This document shows positions 17,042-23,305 of a stretch of DNA of 23,305 bases, in pieces; positions within the stretch are counted from its first letter, which is position 1; every line of letters starts with the position of its first letter. Under the pieces are notes generated by a model. It was not told the DNA's origin, did no database searches, and saw only the letters and a list, made by a program, of their open reading frames with translations. Made by a program: the position numbers and the translations under genes. The stretch is taken from UHGV virus genome UHGV-0337120; one strand, 5' to 3'. The stretch comes from a virus.

Positions 17042-17547
17042 CAGTCAAACCGAAATCGGCCGCTTGTCGCGTATGCATAGGTGACCACCGCACCCAGCGC
17101 ATTCACACGCTTCTTCACATAAATCACATTACCATCCTGATAGTCACCGTATGGGTAGCAAATAAAGATTGTTTTTTGCAAATCAGGATCATCAACAAAT
17201 GCCCCTGAACAACTTTTTGAGCTACCGCGACTGTACTCATAGGGAGCGGAATAGAATGAATCTTCACCCGGAAGAAAATATATCAGCGTAACCAGGAGGG
17301 TAAACAGAATCATCCAGGTAAGAAGGCACATACCCGAAAAAAACTTAAGATACGATGTAACCCCGGTAAATTTAGACCGATCAACCAGGTTCTTTTTCAA
17401 CAGGCACAGTGAGACAAAAACCGAAAGCACCACAGACACTGAAACAAGGCAGTTTGTCGTGAACGAATAAAGGTAGGTAATTCTGTAAACATCGTTTCGC
17501 CACCAAATAAAAAGAAAAATCCCCCCCCAAAACAGAAAGCGTGACAA
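17041..17547 (-). CDS. Multi-TM membrane protein with C-terminal soluble domain (cargo candidate in A-cos region)
   Basis: 168-aa ORF, AT-rich; three hydrophobic segments then ~75-aa Y/G/D-rich tail; only TTG/GTG starts available; G8 tract (plus C8 17521-17528) within first 10 codons. Confidence 0.45.
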   Translation of the reverse strand: MSRFLFWGGIFLFIWWRNDVYRITYLYSFTTNCLVSVSVVLSVFVSLCLLKKNLVDRSKFTGVTSYLKFFSGMCLLTWMILFTLLVTLIYFLPGEDSFYSAPYEYSRGSSKSCSGAFVDDPDLQKTIFICYPYGDYQDGNVIYVKKRVNALGAVVTYAYATSGRFRFD

Positions 17548-17660
17548 AAGTTAAATAAGGATATGAGTAATTTTTCACAGTTCTCACCCGGCAATACACC
17601 ACTGATTCAGACAGATGATTATCATCACCACCCACCCCCAAAAATCGCAAGATAAAAAAT

Positions 17661-17690
17661 GCACAAAAGCGCACGAAATTGCACAATTTT
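17661..17690. repeat. Three helically phased 10-bp GCAC repeats upstream of the membrane-protein gene
   Basis: gcacaaaagc / gcacgaaatt / gcacaatttt start at 17661, 17671, 17681, exactly 10 bp apart. Confidence 0.35.
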
Positions 17691-17782
17691 TCTTATGTGT
17701 TTCATCCCCATTCAGCCCAGTAACGGCGCTGGCTGAGGCCGGTTTGCACGGTGCACGAAAAACGAGGCAATTGCAGCGCGCA

Positions 17783-17801
17783 GGCGACGAGGGAAGGGCG
17801 C
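17783..17801. other. Candidate cos (cohesive-end) site
   Basis: GGCGACGAGGGAAGGGCGC, G-rich 19-mer about 330 bp beyond the 3' end of Q; loosely resembles the P2/186 cos 19-mer recalled from memory (GGCGAGGCGGGGAAAGCAC). Uncertain. Confidence 0.25.
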
Positions 17802-18081
17802 CCGAATTGAGGGGTGGAAGGCAGGTTGCTTTATTTGGGGTCGTATTGCGCGTGATACGCCAGCAGTGAAGCCTGTTTTAAAAAACCACACCGAAACAGA
17901 GTCAGAAAAACAGGCCGCCAGAATGCGTCTGGTTGAGTTTTACGGGGTCGGGATTAAATGCGGAAACATCACACCGCAGGCATGACGCGAAAAAGAGAAA
18001 AACCACAGCAAAACATAATGTTAAATGTTATTGATGAGTTGAGAAGCGAAAGGTGTATTGCGTTGACAGAGCTGGAGAGTC

Positions 18082-18106
18082 GGGGCATAAATTTTTTATG
18101 CCCCGG
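18082..18106. other. Perfect 11-bp inverted repeat downstream of Q
   Basis: CGGGGCATAAA-ttt-TTTATGCCCCG, 26 bp beyond the Q stop; no clear U-tract on either strand. Confidence 0.4.
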
Positions 18107-18131
18107 CGAAGCAGCCGACAAGCGAAGCGCG

Positions 18132-19175
18132 TCAGCTGGCGCCATCCTGAAGCAGCGAATAGGGATTAAAGCGCATCACTTCAACCCCAAGCCATTCATT
18201 GACATGCTTCATCGCTTCCATGACCGGTTGCAACTCGTTGATGAAAAATACCCTCGCCGCCTTCTCAACGTCACCGAACGCCGCGTTCCCGTCAGGCATT
18301 GCCCCCATCAGCTGAGGCGGTACACGGTGAGCCGCAAGGATATCGTCGCGGGCACTCCCCTTGATGTTAAGGAATTCGTCCTTCGCGGTGATTTGCTGGA
18401 ACGGCAGTATTTGCACACCATCCTTGCCGCCACCTGGCGCGTGCAGAAGGATATTGCGGAACGCCCCCTTGCCACGGGATTCCGTGAGTGTTTTCTTGAT
18501 GGCTTCCACGCTTTCAGCGTTTGCCTGGGCGGCACCAACATAGACAATGCACCCGGCATGTGAACCGTTGTCATAGTAGAGCTTGCGGAACGTATCCGCT
18601 GAGTTCGACAGACTCACCGACAGCAACCCACCGATATACTCCGGCATCCCGTAGATTTCCTGGTTGATATCGGGGTTCAGAACGTGGCACACAGCCCCCT
18701 TACGGAAAGCAAATTCAGAACCATCATCATTGAGGTACCAGTACGTATCGAGATCACTGCCCCGCCGCGTGTATTTCGCCAGCGCAGGACGAAGCGCAAT
18801 GGGTTCACCGAACTTGTTGCGGCGGACTTCAAGATAGGCATTACCGAACACGAACCAGTCCAGCGCAAACGCGGAAAACGCCTGGCGGGACAGTAGCGGA
18901 TGAGGAACAAAGCAGCCGTTCAGGGCATTACGCTTAAAATACAGGGCCGACTGGTGCCATGATGCACGACGCGAGGCGCGAGCAATGGCATTCCAGTCCA
19001 TGGGGGTGTCATAGTAGCGGCCATTATCGGCGCACGACATGTTATCAAGCAGATCAAGACGGCTTGCTTCATAAGGACCGTCAAACGTGAAAGCACTGAG
19101 TGACGGCGCTGATTTCAGTGCATCAGCCAGTGAGCCCGTGCCGCGCTTTCCGGTGTATTTTTTACGTTTACTCAT
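18132..19175 (-). CDS. Q: Portal protein, gpQ-like
   Basis: 347 aa; blocks EPDINQEIYGMPEY, YDNGSHAG, LAAHRVPPQLMG, GDVEKAARVF match P2 Q from memory. Confidence 0.92.
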   Translation of the reverse strand: MSKRKKYTGKRGTGSLADALKSAPSLSAFTFDGPYEASRLDLLDNMSCADNGRYYDTPMDWNAIARASRRASWHQSALYFKRNALNGCFVPHPLLSRQAFSAFALDWFVFGNAYLEVRRNKFGEPIALRPALAKYTRRGSDLDTYWYLNDDGSEFAFRKGAVCHVLNPDINQEIYGMPEYIGGLLSVSLSNSADTFRKLYYDNGSHAGCIVYVGAAQANAESVEAIKKTLTESRGKGAFRNILLHAPGGGKDGVQILPFQQITAKDEFLNIKGSARDDILAAHRVPPQLMGAMPDGNAAFGDVEKAARVFFINELQPVMEAMKHVNEWLGVEVMRFNPYSLLQDGAS

Positions 19176-19180
19176 TGTGT

Positions 19181-20914
19181 TCAGAACTCCATTGCAAAGC
19201 CACGATTATCCTCACGCTCTGCGCCGATTGGCTCATTGATAACAGCAAGCATGGTTGCCCAGGCGAGATCACCATGACTGACACCGCGTGAGCGGTCAGT
19301 GTCATAGGTGATATAGCCGCCGGGCGTCTGTATTTTTCGCACCGATGCAAAGGCCTGTACCAGGTCGCGCTCGCTGCGGTCATACTCCCAGCGTCCGGCA
19401 CGGACCACCTGAAGCATCTTCATGACCAGCGCCCGCTTTGAAGCGATATTAAAGTTATACGGAACAGCCAGGGGGAAGAATTTTTTCACTATCTGATAAA
19501 CCCCTTCCCCGTTCCCGCCGGTGACATCAATCCCGATATGCTTCACATTGTATTTTTGGGTGTACTCCTCAATCAGGGCGGCCTGCTGTTCAAACTCCAT
19601 GCCCTGAACCCTGACGGTTTCCACCGTACGAAAACGCCCACCGGCAACAAGGGGTGGCACGCACACCGACAGCGCCCCGCAGTCCCCCTTCCCGCTGCTG
19701 CCGTTGGCGTCATACCCGAGCCAGACTTCCCTCACCCCCATAGGGCGGACAGCAAAAGGCTTCCAGTCCGGCCATTCGTCATAGCCATCAACACCGCACC
19801 CGACGAGCGTATTCAGACTGAAGGCTGCCTCACCATCACGGACAAATTCGCACATGTACAGATTACGAAATTCACTTTCTGTATTTTCGCCGCGAATAAC
19901 ACCAATATTGGTGTACCGCCATCCGTTAGCGACAGCATCCTCAATAGTGACAATCTGCCGCCATGTTTCGTCAGGAAAGAGCACGCCCCCCTTCAGATGC
20001 GCATGTGAAACATCAAACTCACTGCGTTTTGAGCGTGGCTGTTCGCTGTTCCAGCGGTCCCCCGTCCAGAACTGATACGCCTCATGTGTTTCACCTGACG
20101 GTGTTGAAAAGTAGGTTCGCGTAAGCCCTTCCAGTGTCGCCATTGCCCCAGCAACCTTCCTGAGTTCCACAAAGTTACTGACCCAGAAAAATTCGTCGAA
20201 TTTAAGATGACCGGTATAGGACTGCGCGGTGGCAGCTGACGTACCGAGGAAGTGCAGCTCCGCGCCGTTGGACAGCACGATCTTGTCGCCCCCTTTCAGC
20301 TCAACATCCACTTCCAGCGCCGCCTGCTGAATAAAATGCTTGAACTGATACGCCTGACGACGGGAGGCGGACAAAAATATCTGGTTGCGCTGATACCCGG
20401 CGGAGACGTCATCACGCAGTGCATCAAGGAGCGCCTCGCGCGCAAAATACCAGGTCGCACCAATCTGACGCGACTTCAGGATCATACGGTTGCGGTGGTG
20501 ACGGTTTTCGTACCATTCACGTTGATGCCACGCCAGCGTCGGGAGGATTTTTTCACGAAGCGCGACAATCTGTTCTTCGGTGAAGTGATTTTTCAGTCTG
20601 CGTTTACGGGGCTTTTTACCGGAAACGGCCTGTTCTCCCTGACCGTCATTCAGTTTTTTCAGCTGGCGCGTGAGAAGGTCAATTTCCTTAAAATCGCTGC
20701 CGCTTTTCTCTGTTTTTGTGGTGAGCTGGATCAGGCGCGCATCAATGGACTGGGTGACCCGCTGGATCGGAGGTGTGGCATCCCACTCATCGCGTTTTTT
20801 CCATGAGTAAATCGTGTTCTGGCTGATCCCCATCAGTTGCGAGATTTCCGCAGGTGTGTACCCTTGCCAGTAAAGTTGTCTTGCCCTTATGCGGACAAAT
20901 GCATCCTGAATCAT
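19181..20914 (-). CDS. P: Terminase large (ATPase) subunit, gpP-like
   Basis: 578 aa from ATG 20914 (AGGGGG RBS); adjacent to and co-oriented with Q, divergent from O, as in P2. Confidence 0.9.
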   Translation of the reverse strand: MIQDAFVRIRARQLYWQGYTPAEISQLMGISQNTIYSWKKRDEWDATPPIQRVTQSIDARLIQLTTKTEKSGSDFKEIDLLTRQLKKLNDGQGEQAVSGKKPRKRRLKNHFTEEQIVALREKILPTLAWHQREWYENRHHRNRMILKSRQIGATWYFAREALLDALRDDVSAGYQRNQIFLSASRRQAYQFKHFIQQAALEVDVELKGGDKIVLSNGAELHFLGTSAATAQSYTGHLKFDEFFWVSNFVELRKVAGAMATLEGLTRTYFSTPSGETHEAYQFWTGDRWNSEQPRSKRSEFDVSHAHLKGGVLFPDETWRQIVTIEDAVANGWRYTNIGVIRGENTESEFRNLYMCEFVRDGEAAFSLNTLVGCGVDGYDEWPDWKPFAVRPMGVREVWLGYDANGSSGKGDCGALSVCVPPLVAGGRFRTVETVRVQGMEFEQQAALIEEYTQKYNVKHIGIDVTGGNGEGVYQIVKKFFPLAVPYNFNIASKRALVMKMLQVVRAGRWEYDRSERDLVQAFASVRKIQTPGGYITYDTDRSRGVSHGDLAWATMLAVINEPIGAEREDNRGFAMEF

Positions 20915-20981
20915 TGACGCCCCCTTGCTGTTTGATCTCAAGAGTAAACGCCCGCGCATTCATCCAGGTATCCGGTGCCAT

Positions 20982-20999
20982 TGTCGCCACGCTCTTACA
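20982..20999. promoter_or_regulatory. TGT-N12-ACA dyad, candidate Ogr-dependent late promoter element in the P/O intergenic region
   Basis: TGTcgccacgctcttACA; TATCAT -10 candidate at 21031-21036, about 35 nt before the O start. Confidence 0.4.
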
Positions 21000-21071
21000 A
21001 CATCGCCGCCTTGAGGCGCAGCCATCCCCTTATCATCATGAAGAAAAGCAACCCACAGAAAGGGGATTTAC

Positions 21072-21908
21072 ATGGCAAGTAAAAACGCGCCAGTACGGAA
21101 AAAATTCCGCGTCGCCGTCTCGGGCACCACCATCGACGGGCGTGAGATTTCGGGGCTGATGTTGCGTCAGGCCGCTGAGAATTACGACCCGGAAGTGTGG
21201 GGGTCACGGGTGAACGTGGAGCACATGCTTTCACGTATGCCATCCAGTGAATTCAGTGCCGTGGGCGATGTGATTTCACTGTCCACCGAAGAAATCAGGG
21301 AAGGCAAACTGGCCGGCCGCACCGCACTGTATGCCGAAATTGAGCCCACCGACCGCATGACGCAGATGCTGAATGATGGCAAGAAAATCTACTCAAGCAT
21401 TGAGCTTGAACCCAACATTGATGCCGTTGGCGGCCCTTACGTAATTGGCCTGGCAATGACCGATACCCCGGCAAGTCTCGGCACTGAACGACTGAAGTTT
21501 GCCGCCCAGCAGCGCGCCAGCATCATGCAGTTCAACAGCCGCAGCGGTGAGCCAGTCATGTTCACCGAATGTATGGAAGCGGAACTCGCGGCCTCCGTAC
21601 AGGACAGCACCGAAGAAAGCCAGAAATGGTTTTCGCGCGTCATGGCGCTCATCAGCAAAACCCGTGACACGGACAGCGAGCAGTTCGCTCACGTGCGCGA
21701 AGCCGTCGAGAGCATTGCCACGGAACAGGCCGGCCTTCTGGATCGCTTCCATGCGATGGAAGAGCAACAGCGCAGTGATAAGGCATCACTGGAAACCCTG
21801 ACCCGCGAACTGACTGAACTGAAGGCGCAGCTGAAAACCGAAGATGCGGACAAGGAACAGCGCTTTGCTTCAACCGGTGGCAACAGCCACGCCCTGGCTG
21901 ATTTTTAA
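21072..21908 (+). CDS. O: Capsid scaffolding protein, gpO-like
   Basis: 278 aa; KKFRVAVSGTTIDGREIS..., SIELEPN, GLAMTDTPASLGTE, coiled-coil C-terminus; aligns to P2 O from memory. Confidence 0.9.
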   Translation: MASKNAPVRKKFRVAVSGTTIDGREISGLMLRQAAENYDPEVWGSRVNVEHMLSRMPSSEFSAVGDVISLSTEEIREGKLAGRTALYAEIEPTDRMTQMLNDGKKIYSSIELEPNIDAVGGPYVIGLAMTDTPASLGTERLKFAAQQRASIMQFNSRSGEPVMFTECMEAELAASVQDSTEESQKWFSRVMALISKTRDTDSEQFAHVREAVESIATEQAGLLDRFHAMEEQQRSDKASLETLTRELTELKAQLKTEDADKEQRFASTGGNSHALADF

Positions 21909-21923
21909 CAGAGGAACAAAATC

Positions 21924-23018
21924 ATGGGAAACCGCTTAACGCTTTCTCGCGAAGGCCGCAGCAATCTTGAGGCCTATCTTGCACGCCAGGCTGAACTGGC
22001 CGAAACCACCGTAGAACGACTGGGGAAAACCTTCAGCGTTGATCCGGCTGTTCATCAGAAGATGGAAAACGCCATCAAAGAGAGCGACGAGCTGCTGAAA
22101 AGAATCAACAGCATCGGCGTTGACGATCAGGAGGGTGAAAAAGTCCTGGTGAATACCAGCGGCCCCATCGCCAGCACCAACTCAACCAGTGACGGCGTGA
22201 AGCGACGCAATCCCGCTGACGTCTCTGATCTGGCATCACGTCGTTATCGCTGCGAACAGGTGAACTACGACACCTTCATCAGCTACGCACAGATTGACGC
22301 GTGGAGCAGCCAGAAAAACTTCCAGCAACTGCTGAGTGCACAAATCACCCGACAGATTGCACTGGACCGTATCATGATTGGCTTTAACGGTGAGTCGCAC
22401 GCCATCATCTCCGATCGTTCTGCCAACCCGAAACTTCAGGACGTTAACACCGGGTGGCTGAAACACATCCGTGAACACGCCACGACGCGTGTCGTGAAGG
22501 CAATGACGCTGACCCGTCGCGATCATGAAAACAAACTGGTTGCAAAAGGCGACTACGGCAACGCTGACGCGATGGTTAACGACATTCGCTCTTCCATACT
22601 GGATGAGTGGCACAAGGACGCCCCGGATCTGGTTGTTGTCATGGGCCGCAACCTGTTCAACACGCTGCGTCTGCCTATGATTAACGCCATCAGCACCACC
22701 AACCCGAACACGGAGCTGGTCGCCGGACAGCTGATTACAGCCTCCCGCACCATTGGCGCGCTGCCAACCTTCTTTGCGCCGTACTTCCCGGACGATGCCA
22801 TGCTGATCACGTCGTTCAGCAACCTTTCGGTCTACTTCCAGAAAGGGTCACTGCGTCGCTTCATCCGTGAAGAGCCGGAGTACAACCGTATCGCCACCTA
22901 CCAGTCCATGAACGACTGCTACGTGGTGGAAGACTACGGCAAGTGCGCACTGATTGAGGGCATTTCTTTCGCCGGTGAAGATCCGGAAGACAAGAAAGAG
23001 GCAGAAGCACAGGCGTAA
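21924..23018 (+). CDS. N: Major capsid protein, gpN-like
   Basis: 364 aa; IMIGFNGE, DRSANPKLQDVNTGWL, DPDLVVVMGR, PYFPDDAMLITSFSNLSVY, YVVEDYG match P2 N from memory. Confidence 0.92.
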   Translation: MGNRLTLSREGRSNLEAYLARQAELAETTVERLGKTFSVDPAVHQKMENAIKESDELLKRINSIGVDDQEGEKVLVNTSGPIASTNSTSDGVKRRNPADVSDLASRRYRCEQVNYDTFISYAQIDAWSSQKNFQQLLSAQITRQIALDRIMIGFNGESHAIISDRSANPKLQDVNTGWLKHIREHATTRVVKAMTLTRRDHENKLVAKGDYGNADAMVNDIRSSILDEWHKDAPDLVVVMGRNLFNTLRLPMINAISTTNPNTELVAGQLITASRTIGALPTFFAPYFPDDAMLITSFSNLSVYFQKGSLRRFIREEPEYNRIATYQSMNDCYVVEDYGKCALIEGISFAGEDPEDKKEAEAQA

Positions 23019-23026
23019 CGCATTAT

Positions 23027-23046
23027 GGCGGGCACATGTGCCCGCC
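23027..23046 (+). terminator. Perfect palindromic hairpin after capsid gene N
   Basis: GGCGGGCA-catg-TGCCCGCC, 8 nt after the N stop and before the M RBS. Confidence 0.45.
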
Positions 23047-23067
23047 GGTTAATCAGGAGTCGAATAC

Positions 23068-23305
23068 ATGCTGACACCGGCACAACGATACCTTCAGCGC
23101 GTGATGGCGCATCATCGGGCTGATCCATTCAGTCGCGAAGAGCAGCGAACACGAACGGCACATGAACAGGTTCTTCACCAGTTACGCCTCGCCCAGTTGC
23201 AGCTGAAGGGCGTGCAGTCGAACATCGCGAAAGCGGAGCTGAAGAAGCACCTGATACCGAATTTTGAAGGCTGGATCGACGGCACACTGGCAGGCGACAG
23301 CGGAC
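23068..23305 (+). CDS. M: Terminase small subunit, gpM-like (N-terminal part, runs off the window)
   Basis: ATG 23068 with CAGGAG RBS; MLTPAQRYLQRVMAHH resembles P2 M MTSPAQRHMMRV; follows N as in P2. Confidence 0.75.
   Translation, partial: MLTPAQRYLQRVMAHHRADPFSREEQRTRTAHEQVLHQLRLAQLQLKGVQSNIAKAELKKHLIPNFEGWIDGTLAGDSG

Noticed and set aside
17958-18563. 201-aa plus-strand ORF overlapping the cos-proximal region and the 3' end of Q
   Set aside because: Mostly antisense to the portal gene; likely spurious.
19538-20806. Plus-strand ORFs of 156, 73 and 184 aa opposite terminase gene P
   Set aside because: Shadow ORFs antisense to P; no RBS support noted.
1-23305. CRISPR arrays, IS elements or transposase genes
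   Set aside because: No regularly spaced repeats, terminal inverted repeats or transposase-like ORFs were seen; only short homopolymers and the repeats listed above.

Overview
The whole window reads as a P2-like (Peduovirus-type) temperate phage or prophage from an enterobacterial-style host; no host chromosomal genes are evident. Calls rest on remembered similarity of the translated ORFs to P2/186 proteins and on motifs read directly; nothing was searched against a database. Left to right: tail genes T (partial), E/E', FII and FI on the minus strand; then D and ogr on the plus strand; a hok/gef-like toxin and a probable attP region; int and repressor C on the minus strand; cox and a long plus-strand early operon including a DEDD exonuclease, a Dam methyltransferase and the replication initiator A; a cargo region between A and a probable cos; then portal Q and terminase P (minus) and O, N and partial M (plus). 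The main points of interest are: (1) the sheath-tube-chaperone-tape-measure block is inverted relative to D, with a single TGT-N12-ACA dyad in the 140-bp gap; (2) several cargo genes are candidates for undescribed exclusion or defence functions: a membrane protein with a G8 tract in the A-cos region, two genes antisense to the early operon, and a tail-less SSB-like protein; (3) a Hok-family toxin sits between ogr and int; (4) a C8 tract lies in a small ORF coupled to dam; (5) a 370-bp ORF-free structured region lies in the early operon. Functional claims for cargo genes are inference.
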